Source: an uncultured Laspinema sp. (GTDB lineage: Bacteria > Cyanobacteriota > Cyanobacteriia > Cyanobacteriales > Laspinemataceae). Taken from it: 62,717 nucleotides of DNA. Positions 1 through 8,709 of the stretch are shown here, piece by piece (within the stretch, counting starts at the first letter, position 1; the number at the start of each line of letters is the position of its first letter). The stretch is taken from the NCBI GenBank assembly GCA_964442465.1, contig CAYUEH010000001.1, positions 1-62,717 on the forward strand, in the 5' to 3' direction. The position numbers and the translations under genes were made by a program. The notes under the pieces were generated by a model. That model saw only the letters and a list, made by a program, of their open reading frames with translations, did not search any database and had not been told where the DNA came from.

Positions 1-65
1 TCGAACCGTAGATCAAGGGGCAGTTGGCTAAACGCAGTAGCCGTAGCAAGTTGTTGGGCGCTCAT
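1..65 (-). CDS. 5' end of a possible divergent gene running off the window (MSAQQLATATAFSQLPLDLRF...)
   Basis: ATG at 63-65 on the minus strand with an open frame to the window edge; too short to assign. Confidence 0.3.
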   Translation of the reverse strand, partial: MSAQQLATATAFSQLPLDLRF

Positions 66-94
66 GGTAAGTTGAAGGTAGTAATTATTGGTCG

Positions 95-118
95 AGCGGG
101 GTGGTACCCGCTTTTTTT
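95..118 (+). terminator. hairpin with T-tract (intrinsic terminator-like or regulatory)
   Basis: AGCGGG-GTGGTA-CCCGCT followed by a T run. Confidence 0.4.
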
Positions 119-423
119 ATGCGTCAGATGTTGCAAATATTTAACTGGTAATCTTTAATCGGGCGATTAAAGGGAAAATATTGCAAGAATTGAAAAGCGA
201 AAAACCGCTTTTCAATTCTTGCTTAATTTTAGACGGGATGAGGTAAGAGTGTCAAGATTTTTTTCCAGTCAAAAATAAAATCGCCAAAATCTTTGCCTAG
301 TCTAGATTTTAGTCGAATCTGCCTGGGCTAACTTCAGAACAAAAAGGTGATAGATTTTAGATAAAGCGCTAAAGCAGTTGGCGTTTAGGGCGGATTTTAG
401 AGAGAATAGAAGGGTCTAAAACT

Positions 424-1194
424 TTGCCCTGGCCTTTCGTGGACCCTAAAGAACCTAAGCAGGAACGTCTTTGTGAATTGCTCAATTACCTTAGCGATCG
501 CCTTCATCTGGGGGACCGCACGGCAGAAGCTGCGTTGTTGGATTATCTGAATCGGTTCGACGAGGTGACCAGCGCCAGTTCATTGCGGCGGTGGTTTCGA
601 GGTCAGCAATTCCCTTGGCCGTCTCGTCGTCCCCTCCTGGCCCAGGCGATTGGTGTGGAGCCAACTGAACTAGAGCAGTTTTTGCTGCATGGGATTCCTC
701 AAACTCAGGAATTTTTAGAGTCGTTGCCACCGATTGACCCTGAGTTTAGGGCCTCCAACGAGTGGGAGACGAGTATCAAGTTGGATTCCCAGACGGAGGT
801 GAGCAGTGCGATGCGAGAACTCAGCCAGCATTTGTCTTTAGAAAATTTGGTGGACTTGATTGATGAGTTGCGCGCTCAAGCTCGAAGCCGAGTCGAACAG
901 TTGCAAGCGCAGACATTGGGTCCCTCTGCACGGACGACAATTTTGGGTCAACAGGATTGGCCAACGATTAGTCAAGTGTTAAGCGATAAAAATTTGGCAG
1001 AAATTTCCCAGTTGGTCGATTTGCCCTTGCCTCGGTTGAAGGCGATCGCCCAAGGCGAGGAACCCGCCTGCACAGAGGTGACGTTGTTGGCGGCGGCTTT
1101 GGGGATTCAAGTGCAGCAGCTAGAGACCATGCGGGAAAAAGAGTTTGGCTCGAAGTCGAACCATTCCGATTGCCCGGAAAATTGCCACAGTTAA
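424..1194 (+). CDS. putative transcriptional regulator with XRE-like HTH domains
   Basis: N-terminal SASSLRRWFRGQQFP..RPLLAQAIGV and C-terminal LAEISQLVDLPLPRLKAIAQGEEP..LLAAALGI resemble XRE HTH motifs; TTG start. Confidence 0.6.
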   Translation: MPWPFVDPKEPKQERLCELLNYLSDRLHLGDRTAEAALLDYLNRFDEVTSASSLRRWFRGQQFPWPSRRPLLAQAIGVEPTELEQFLLHGIPQTQEFLESLPPIDPEFRASNEWETSIKLDSQTEVSSAMRELSQHLSLENLVDLIDELRAQARSRVEQLQAQTLGPSARTTILGQQDWPTISQVLSDKNLAEISQLVDLPLPRLKAIAQGEEPACTEVTLLAAALGIQVQQLETMREKEFGSKSNHSDCPENCHS

Positions 1195-1206
1195 CAAGGA
1201 GGGGTC

Positions 1207-1977
1207 ATGGAAATTTGTTCGCCGTTGTTTCCTGGATGTATCGGTTTTGTTCTAGAAAAAGAAACGCTCCAGGTGCGCGTTCAAAGCTGGGATGAAGCAT
1301 GGAAGCTAAATCAATCCTATTTGCCTTACCTGGCGAGTCTGGGGCGATATTTTGGCAAGAACCTGGTGGAATTGGCGCATAACACGCCCAACAAACCGTT
1401 TATTCCAATTTGGGTGGAAATGGTTCAAACGACCGGGACGGCAACGAAGAAAAATCTACAACCCCATACCCACAGTAAAGATTGGCAAAATTTTAAACCC
1501 ACATTAAGCCTAGAAAAAACTCATCAAAATCAAACTAAAACTGGAGGTCCAGGAAATATGTTGTCTTTACAAGAAGTTGCCACGTTCATCAATACTTCAG
1601 ATGACCGGGATGCGGAACTCGCGGCCCTAGCCTTGGGCGAAAAGAACCAAGCCACTTGGATTATCGACCAGGCCAGCCAAGAAGTGCTCTTAGCCAACCG
1701 GGTTGCCCTCGATGCTAACTGCAAACCACCTCGGGAAGTTTTGGCCAAGGATATTTCCGCATTATGGGACGAAGAACCACTGCGAGAACTAACGGAGTTG
1801 GTTCACCGGGATAGTCTGGTACGCGACCATACCAATCGGGGCTACCGCTGGCACAAAGAACCGGGTTCTGAAGTATGGCTTCGCAAAAAGCACGATTTCA
1901 CCGTGGATTACGCTGAAGTCAACTTTTTGGGTCGCGTCTGCCGGTTTGAGATTGTGAAAGAAGCCCTGGCAGTCTAA
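1207..1977 (+). CDS. hypothetical protein with C-terminal PAS-like sensor domain
   Basis: AGGAGG RBS upstream; WIIDQASQEVLLANRVAL...VLAKDISALW fits a PAS-fold pattern; stop overlaps the GNAT start. Confidence 0.5.
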   Translation: MEICSPLFPGCIGFVLEKETLQVRVQSWDEAWKLNQSYLPYLASLGRYFGKNLVELAHNTPNKPFIPIWVEMVQTTGTATKKNLQPHTHSKDWQNFKPTLSLEKTHQNQTKTGGPGNMLSLQEVATFINTSDDRDAELAALALGEKNQATWIIDQASQEVLLANRVALDANCKPPREVLAKDISALWDEEPLRELTELVHRDSLVRDHTNRGYRWHKEPGSEVWLRKKHDFTVDYAEVNFLGRVCRFEIVKEALAV

Positions 1978-2594
1978 TGGGCCGGGGTGTGATTCAACTG
2001 GTTTCGTTGGAGCGCGGTAAGCACAGCTATGCCGGAGGCGATCGCCTTGAAGAATTGGTCGCGCTCTATCGCACCGTCTTCGCTGAACCGCCTTCGTCTC
2101 AATGGTGGTCCAAAGAATCGGTGGTGGCAATGTTCGAGCGCTACTTCCAGACTGGCTCCGTGTTGGGGGCATTTAGTGATGAGGGCTTAGTTGGATTTGC
2201 CGTGATCCAACCGTTAGCCTCCGCTTCCATCATCGGTCAACAGACTTGGATTGAACCCGAACAAAAATGGCGGCTGCTCGATTGGCAATTGCTAGATGAG
2301 TTCGGGTTGCTTCCCGATTGTGGTTACTTGGCGGATTTGGGCGTGGCTGCCAGTCACAGGCGACAGGGAATTGCGAGTGAGTTAGTGCGCCTGGGGTGGC
2401 GGCAGTATCCTGACAAACCGATGCTGTTGCGGGTAAGTGCTTGCAAGAGTGATGCGATCGCCCTCTACCTGAAACTAGGATTTGTGAGGTTGCCCGGACT
2501 CGAACAGCGACCAGAATATCGGCAACAAGATGGCTCCCTAAAGACTGAGGCCAAGTTGTTGATGGTCAAGGGTGCAGCGAGTTCGAGTGGATGA
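1977..2594 (+). CDS. GNAT family N-acetyltransferase
   Basis: YLADLGVAASHRRQGIASEL (acetyl-CoA motif A) and AIALYLKLGF. Confidence 0.88.
   Translation: MGRGVIQLVSLERGKHSYAGGDRLEELVALYRTVFAEPPSSQWWSKESVVAMFERYFQTGSVLGAFSDEGLVGFAVIQPLASASIIGQQTWIEPEQKWRLLDWQLLDEFGLLPDCGYLADLGVAASHRRQGIASELVRLGWRQYPDKPMLLRVSACKSDAIALYLKLGFVRLPGLEQRPEYRQQDGSLKTEAKLLMVKGAASSSG
2016..2039 (+). repeat. 24-bp HIP1-inserting small dispersed repeat, in frame inside the GNAT gene
   Basis: GGTAAGCACAGCTATGCCGGAGGC sits at GC^GATCGC; related copies at 3377-3400 (reverse), 4293-4316 and 62176-62199. Confidence 0.75.
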
Positions 2595-2652
2595 GGATGG
2601 GCAAATCGATTTTGCCATAATCTTTCTTCTGCCGATGCAGGAACTAATTTGG

Positions 2653-3168
2653 TCAGTCAGCCGAATCTGGAGCGAGGGGATCTAATAATGTTGAGGCAAC
2701 AGAAAGGTGAAACTCATTACCTGCATCTTGCAGTTGAAAATCAATAATAAACCGTTTATGCTCGTCAAAGAATTGCTGTTTTCGAGCAATGAGTTCGTCA
2801 ATAATCCCCCGTGCCTCTTGTTCAGCCAACGGGTCATTCCCTTTCAACGCTACTTTCATGAACTCGTCAATCATGGCTGCCTGCTCATCCTCTGGCATCA
2901 GGGTTAAGTTCCAGGCAATCACCGCAAGGTGGAACATTTTCTCCTGCTCACTCCAATTATCGATAAAGGCGAGATAAGGCTCAACAAATGCCTCCAACAC
3001 TTCAGACATTTTGACTTCACCTTTCGGATTCATCACCATATCCACGAAATGCTCACCCAATGGTCCTTTCTGGAGCTTCTGCTGCAACTTCTCCAGTCTT
3101 TTTTCATGACTTTTGTTCGTCCGTTCTTGCTTGAGAATTTCACCAAAGGCTTTAGACTTTCTTGCCAT
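2653..3168 (-). CDS. hypothetical protein
   Basis: Clean ORF with protein-like composition; probable start MARKSK with GGAG RBS (ORF track starts at 3183). Confidence 0.7.
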   Translation of the reverse strand: MARKSKAFGEILKQERTNKSHEKRLEKLQQKLQKGPLGEHFVDMVMNPKGEVKMSEVLEAFVEPYLAFIDNWSEQEKMFHLAVIAWNLTLMPEDEQAAMIDEFMKVALKGNDPLAEQEARGIIDELIARKQQFFDEHKRFIIDFQLQDAGNEFHLSVASTLLDPLAPDSAD

Positions 3169-3237
3169 AAAAATCTCCTCCATCGCTTGAGCTTAATTTT
3201 ACCATCCTACATTCCACCCACAGATAAAATAGGAGCG

Positions 3238-3403
3238 ATGTTCAGGCGCTACTTCCTGACCGGCTCGGTGTGGGGTGCGCTTAGTGGCGAGAACTTAGTT
3301 GGTTCTGCCGTGGTGCCAGCAGTATCCCGACAAATCGATACTGTTGCGGGTGAGCGCTTGCCAGAGTGATGCGATAGCCTACGGCATAGCTTCGCTTACC
3401 GCC
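3238..3403 (+). pseudogene. GNAT relic with internal deletion
   Basis: 3238-3312 resembles 2130-2205 and 3318-3376 resembles 2401-2460 of the intact GNAT; carries a 24-bp HIP1 insert at 3377-3400. Confidence 0.8.
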
Positions 3404-3488
3404 ACCCAAGTCATTCCTCTACTTTTGCCGGTATCACCCATTGCGGTTGCGATCGCTCGTAATTTTTATCAGCATTTAGGAGCCAGCC

Positions 3489-4241
3489 ATGCCAACCAAC
3501 CTTGCCCACAAAACTGCTATCATCATCGGCGCGTCTTCCGGCATCGGACGGGCGACTGCTTTGCTACTGGCTGAGTCGGGTGTTCATGTCGTGCTCGTTT
3601 CCCGGCGGGGCGATCGCCTCCAACAACTCGCAGACCAGATTTCCTTCAACAGTGGCACGGCAATCACAATTCCCACGGATATTACCGATTGCCAACAAGT
3701 TCAAGCAATGATGTCAACGGTCCTGGATAAGTTTGGGTACATCGATATCCTGGTGAACTCTGCCGGACTGATTGACGTAGCTCCTACAACCGAAGCGAAT
3801 CCCCAGCGGTGGCAAGAGTTGATTCAGGTGAACTTGTTGGGGACGATGTACTGTTGCCATGCCGTTGCGCCGGTGATGCAAGAACAACAGCAAGGCCATA
3901 TCGTGAATGTTTCCTCGGTGGCGGGTCGGACGGCTTCGGCGGGGGTGGGCGCTTACAATGCCAGCAAATGGGGCGTGGGTGCATTCTCGGAAGCGTTGCG
4001 ACAGGAACTCTGTAAGAGCGGGGTGCGAGTCACGGTGGTGGAGCCTGGTTGGGTCGAGACGCCACTCTATGACGAGATTGCCAGTGGGCCCATGCAGGAG
4101 CGGATTAGTCGCTGGCAAGAGGGCATTGGGGAGCCACTGTTGCCGGAGGATGTGGCGGGGGCGATTGGGTTTGCGCTGTCTCAGCCGCAGCGGGTCAACG
4201 TCAACGAGATTTTGTTGCGTCCGACGGGACAGGTGAATTGA
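3489..4241 (+). CDS. SDR family NAD(P)-dependent oxidoreductase (YdfG-like)
   Basis: GASSGIG Rossmann motif, VNSAG, catalytic YNASK, VNEILLRP C-terminus; AGGAG RBS. Confidence 0.92.
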   Translation: MPTNLAHKTAIIIGASSGIGRATALLLAESGVHVVLVSRRGDRLQQLADQISFNSGTAITIPTDITDCQQVQAMMSTVLDKFGYIDILVNSAGLIDVAPTTEANPQRWQELIQVNLLGTMYCCHAVAPVMQEQQQGHIVNVSSVAGRTASAGVGAYNASKWGVGAFSEALRQELCKSGVRVTVVEPGWVETPLYDEIASGPMQERISRWQEGIGEPLLPEDVAGAIGFALSQPQRVNVNEILLRPTGQVN

Positions 4242-4292
4242 CGCAGCAAAGAAAGGCAACAGCAACGGCGATCGGTCTGGCACTGAGGGAGC

Positions 4293-4316
4293 GGTAAGCG
4301 CAGCTATGCCGCAGGC
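4293..4316 (+). repeat. 24-bp HIP1-inserting repeat
   Basis: GGTAAGCGCAGCTATGCCGCAGGC; the paralogous site at about 60690-60705 lacks it. Confidence 0.75.
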
Positions 4317-4350
4317 AATCGCCACGAAGACAAGAGCCATTTTTTCAGGA

Positions 4351-4385
4351 TTTCGGTGCGGGTAAAATTTTAGAATGAAACAGCC
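4351..4385 (+). repeat. conserved boundary motif TTTCGG...AAAATTTTAGAATGAAACAGCC (copy 1 of 3)
   Basis: 22-bp core identical at 49734-49755; variant at 61675-61710. Confidence 0.7.
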
Positions 4386-4774
4386 GTGATTTGTGATTGT
4401 TGTATCTGAACAAGCATCGCTTGAATTTCAAGATTTTTAAAGGACAGCAAACAACCCCAAAGTTGTCCCACCAGTTGTCCTGGGTCATAAGCTAAAGCAC
4501 TTGCTGCTAAATCTATTGCATTTTGAATTAATGTCAGACTTTTCTTTATTTTTTGAAGGATTTAGGTATCAGAATGTAAAGCTAATTCATAATCTCCAAC
4601 GAGTGGTTGGGACAAAAAATAAAAAGTTTTGTATTCAATAAATTCCTAATCAATTAATAATTCTAATAAATCTTCGGTTAATTCGCTTTATTCCTGAGTA
4701 GCTAATGCTAAATGAAATAGCAAATTCAAGACATATTCTTCATATTCTGGTGACAATTTATCAAACTCACTCAT
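4386..4774 (-). pseudogene. truncated paralog of the N-terminal helical domain of the WD40 protein
   Basis: Manual translation MSEFDKLSPEYEEYVLNLLFHLALATQE*...EFIEYK...DYELAL..DT*...KSLTLIQNAIDL...DPGQLVGQLWGCLLSFKNLEIQAML aligns with the start of 14603-16783; three in-frame stops, no WD40 repeats. Confidence 0.85.
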
Positions 4775-7730
4775 GGCGGCGACGATTTTTCCATTTATTC
4801 ACTTGGTCTTTAGCAATTAGTCGATGAACCGCTGGAATTGTCAGCCCAGTTTTCTGAAGGATGTCCTTACTATGAAGAAAATCTCTAAAACTGGAATGGT
4901 AAAGGCTATAGTATTTTTTATTTTCCTCAAATATTTCATGTAAAAACTGTTTCCACTCACTCAAAACGGTTTGTACTATAAAAGCATCCTCACCAGAAAA
5001 ATCACAAATTTGCTGGCGCGAAACAGGCTGCTTCACCGCTCCCAAAATATAGATGATTTTAATTTTGGCATCAGGCAGCGGATTAGCTGTCATTCCCATG
5101 CGTCGCCAGTGGAAATCATAGTATCCTTGTAGACCTGGAGGGAAACTTTCAAGGCTGTAATCCTTATAGAGGCCCTTTTCGATGTCATGCAGGATATAAC
5201 GCAAGTACATGAAATTGTTTTCACTTTTATCTACAATTTTGTCAACAAATACAAAAATTGTTTCCTGGCGTTCATCAATCTGCTGTCGCAGATGTTCACT
5301 CTTATCAACCCGGTTTTGGATATATAAGCGCACATCACGTTGGCTATCAATCTGATAATCTAGCAAATTTATAGTTTTTAGAGGTGCGTAGGTTGTAAAC
5401 GGCACTTCTGTACCCCGTCCTCTAGTCATAATGACATATACCCCCTCAGGCAAATGAGGGGGCAGGTATAAAATATTTGCGTCTCTGTAACTACCTGGGT
5501 CAACCTCGTCGAGCGCATCAATACCAATAACTACAGGTTGGCCATTTCTTCTCTGGGAAACCTCATCGAGTAATTGATCCAAAAATTCTCCATCTCGCGT
5601 TACATTCGATGGTAAAGGATCATATGGAAGTTGATAGCGGGCAATTAGTTGTTTGCAGACGCTTTCCAAAAATTGGTCTGTCCGATTTGGCCCTTGCAGT
5701 TGAAAGTTAAAATGAGCAATGCACTCATTATCTTGCACATATTTTGCCAGGATTGCACTTTTACCCATCCCAGGATCACCGATGATAGTAAAATAGCCTT
5801 TAGGGTTTTGTTGTATAAAAGTTTGAATAGCATCAAATACATATTCGCGTCCAACAAAGCCCTCTATTGTATATTGAATGAACGATTGAAACTGACTGAG
5901 AACAGTTTGTGGTTCCTGGATAGCTTGAATTTCACCTTGTACCTCTAGTAAAGAAGGCTGTATTAACTGCTTTTGTTCATCCTGGGGTTCAGTTTCTGCT
6001 TCAGAATTAGACTGGAGTAAATTAAGATTATCATAGCGACTGGCAATGCGATCGTACTCTCCCCCCAGACGGTGTAATACCTCTAAACCAACTCGGGCAA
6101 AAGGTAAGACTGATTCCTCGAAAGTGTTTTCTGAATCTTGCACAATCTCTAACAGGGCATCAAAGCTATTGATAGTGCTTCCAGCTTTTTCTGCCACAAT
6201 TTGCGAGAGGCGATCTAAAATCTCCATAGTTTTTAAGACAGGAACGCCGTCAACGAGTAAATCGCGTACCCGATCGCCATTGTCTGGATCTGCAAAAAAC
6301 TCGTACTGACAAATCCCATCATCATCCGTGTCGCATCGGTACAACAAACCACTGAGGAACACTTCGGCAACATGAGATTGTTCTGCGTCCGGCAGAAATT
6401 CATCTCGCAGTAAATCAATGACAGGTAAGCTGACAGGAGTTGCTGCCATCAAACCGGCTAACTGCCGCGCTGTTTTTGATGCTGCGGCTCGAAACAGTGC
6501 TACTCGTTGCCGTGCTGTCTGGGAAGGGGTCTCAATCGAACTCTCTACTATCTCCCGTATGAATGCCATCTCAAATACTCGTCCGGGGGTGTGCTCATCC
6601 CTTCCACCCGCCACGACTCTTGCCCAACGTTGCATGGGTTCCGGTTCGAGGGTGATGATGGGTAGAATTAGCAATCGTTGATCTCTGGGAGAAGATAGCT
6701 CTAACTTTTCACTCTCGTCCAATTCGTCAAAATGGCCCCACTGGTTCCCATAATCGAGTTCGGGTAAACCCTCCACCTTCAGCCATGCATTGGATAGTCC
6801 AGGCACTAATGCTCCCAAACGTACGATATGTCCGTCACTAAGCGCCGTTTGCAACCATAACCGTTCTGGTAGCATTTGCACCACTGCCACCGGCTGGGAT
6901 TGAGACCACTCGTAAAGAGTTTCGTAAATAATTCCCCGTCGCCAGAGTGGGGAGGTACAATCGCTGACGAATAACACTAACCGTCGTCCCAAGGGATCCA
7001 GAATTTCGCCGGGGCTGCGGGGGCGTTGATTGAGACGGTTTTCTAATCGCTCATTCCAACGAGGAAACAGGTGCACTGATCGCATTTCTGTTTCAGGGCT
7101 AGCTTCCAGTCGCCAGGTTCGCACTCTTTGAAATGCACCTTGATATTCGAGCAAATGTTGCAATTCAGCAATGGTTCGTTCCCATAGCATCGTAGTCTTG
7201 GAGGACTCTACTACCAACTCCACATCCAACCAGCGTTCTAGCGTTGCTCGCAGTACAGGAATCGGAATCTGGATTTCGGCAATCTGTTTGACAGTGGCCT
7301 CTTCATCAATTTCTACTCCAAGTCTAGAGGGGATTTTTCTCATCAAGGGACGTAGGGATCTCGCCAGATCTCGCCTTGCTCGGATAGCCGGTGCAGCAGG
7401 AATCGGAAACGGCATTCCTGCATTTTTTGCTGAGGGTTGTGGTTCAGATGGGATCTCTTTTTGCTGAGATAACGATCGCTCGTCAGTGTAGATATTGAAA
7501 CTAGGTTCAGGATCGGGGACCTTGTCATCTTGCTGCTCTATCAAGGCAGAAGTTGGGGCAATTGTGGTTTCTGTCGGTTCTTCAGGACGCACGGAATGTT
7601 GTGGCTCGATAAACTGAGCCAACCAGAGCATATCGGCCAAGTCTACCGCGTCACAGCTCAGTCCAGAATGCTTTAGCTGTTGCGCGAACTGTCCGATTGT
7701 TGATCTTCTCTGCTGTTCAGGTGTTTCCAT
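4767..7730 (-). CDS. SAV_2336-type vWA domain fused to a STAND/NACHT-like P-loop NTPase (vWA component of a MoxR-vMAP ternary system)
   Basis: LADMLWLA, LARSLRPLMRKIPS..IDEEATV, ERWLDVELVVESS, FVSDCTSPLW; C-terminal GDPGMGKS (Walker A) and IGIDALDE (Walker B). Confidence 0.85.
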   Translation of the reverse strand: METPEQQRRSTIGQFAQQLKHSGLSCDAVDLADMLWLAQFIEPQHSVRPEEPTETTIAPTSALIEQQDDKVPDPEPSFNIYTDERSLSQQKEIPSEPQPSAKNAGMPFPIPAAPAIRARRDLARSLRPLMRKIPSRLGVEIDEEATVKQIAEIQIPIPVLRATLERWLDVELVVESSKTTMLWERTIAELQHLLEYQGAFQRVRTWRLEASPETEMRSVHLFPRWNERLENRLNQRPRSPGEILDPLGRRLVLFVSDCTSPLWRRGIIYETLYEWSQSQPVAVVQMLPERLWLQTALSDGHIVRLGALVPGLSNAWLKVEGLPELDYGNQWGHFDELDESEKLELSSPRDQRLLILPIITLEPEPMQRWARVVAGGRDEHTPGRVFEMAFIREIVESSIETPSQTARQRVALFRAAASKTARQLAGLMAATPVSLPVIDLLRDEFLPDAEQSHVAEVFLSGLLYRCDTDDDGICQYEFFADPDNGDRVRDLLVDGVPVLKTMEILDRLSQIVAEKAGSTINSFDALLEIVQDSENTFEESVLPFARVGLEVLHRLGGEYDRIASRYDNLNLLQSNSEAETEPQDEQKQLIQPSLLEVQGEIQAIQEPQTVLSQFQSFIQYTIEGFVGREYVFDAIQTFIQQNPKGYFTIIGDPGMGKSAILAKYVQDNECIAHFNFQLQGPNRTDQFLESVCKQLIARYQLPYDPLPSNVTRDGEFLDQLLDEVSQRRNGQPVVIGIDALDEVDPGSYRDANILYLPPHLPEGVYVIMTRGRGTEVPFTTYAPLKTINLLDYQIDSQRDVRLYIQNRVDKSEHLRQQIDERQETIFVFVDKIVDKSENNFMYLRYILHDIEKGLYKDYSLESFPPGLQGYYDFHWRRMGMTANPLPDAKIKIIYILGAVKQPVSRQQICDFSGEDAFIVQTVLSEWKQFLHEIFEENKKYYSLYHSSFRDFLHSKDILQKTGLTIPAVHRLIAKDQVNKWKNRRRHE

Positions 7731-8707
7731 AGACGATCCACGAGATCTTCGAGAGTAGTAAGGTCAGATGTGCGTTCTCGCATAATCAGATAAACCGCAT
7801 TAAGAAGTTGATCTGTAGCGAGGTCGCCTTTGGTGCGATTGGAGCGTTTGTTGATGAACTTTTTAATTAGCTCATCAATGAGTTGTTGAGACTGTTCTAG
7901 GGATGCTTGGCCGTTTTTCTCCCGAGAAAAATGAGCTTGAACGATTTCAGCCAGCCGGTCTTCATCGGGTTCTTCCATCGTCAAGCGCAGGCAACGCCGC
8001 AAAAATGGAGGGGGAAAATCTCGCTCACCGTTACTGGTCAAAATCATCAGCGGAAACTTTCGAGAAATCACCCGCCCTCCATTCACGATGGTCCTAGTCT
8101 CCTCTAGATCATCTTTATAAGCGGTCCGAACTTCTACCTGGGACTTAATTTCTGCAATCCTGAGCAGTTCTAGAATTTCAAATTCTCCTTCCTCGAAAAC
8201 ATAAAGCAAATCGTTGGGAAGGTCAATATCGCTTTTGTCTATTTCGTCTACCAACAAGATCCGAGGTTTTTCTGAGGGAAGTAATGCCGTTCCCAGTGGC
8301 CCGAGTCGGAGGTATTTTCCAATATTCTCAAAATTGCTACGGTCTTCATCTCCGAGATCCTGGAGGCGAGCGATCGCATCGTACAGATACAGTCCGTCTT
8401 TTAGGGTTGTCCTGGTGGTAATTGGCCAATACAAAACTTCCCCTAAGCCGAGTTCCTGGGCGACGGCGTAAGCGAGGGAGGTTTTCCCAGTTCCTGGCTT
8501 TCCAGTCACCAGGAGGGGCCGTCGCAGATAAAGGGCGGCATTCACCATCTCGATTTCGCTCTTTTGGGCTTTGAAGGTTGCCCCGCGTTCTTCTTTGCGG
8601 CGATCGGCGTTTCGCCACATCGGAGGATCTGGGAGTTGAGAGATCGCATCAGGGTTGGGTTCCCCTGTCCCTTTGAATATCGGGTTAAAAATAGGACTGT
8701 TGTTCAT
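7673..8707 (-). CDS. MoxR family AAA+ ATPase
   Basis: LRRPLLVTGKPGTGKT, LLVDEIDKSDIDLPNDLL, TSNGERDFPPPFLRRC, ATDQLLNA. Confidence 0.92.
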   Translation of the reverse strand: MNNSPIFNPIFKGTGEPNPDAISQLPDPPMWRNADRRKEERGATFKAQKSEIEMVNAALYLRRPLLVTGKPGTGKTSLAYAVAQELGLGEVLYWPITTRTTLKDGLYLYDAIARLQDLGDEDRSNFENIGKYLRLGPLGTALLPSEKPRILLVDEIDKSDIDLPNDLLYVFEEGEFEILELLRIAEIKSQVEVRTAYKDDLEETRTIVNGGRVISRKFPLMILTSNGERDFPPPFLRRCLRLTMEEPDEDRLAEIVQAHFSREKNGQASLEQSQQLIDELIKKFINKRSNRTKGDLATDQLLNAVYLIMRERTSDLTTLEDLVDRLWKHLNSREDQQSDSSRNS

Positions 8708-8709
8708 CT

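Noticed and set aside
3714-4340. 208-aa antisense ORF and many similar short ORFs inside long genes
   Set aside because: Shadow frames of well-supported genes with no recognisable motifs
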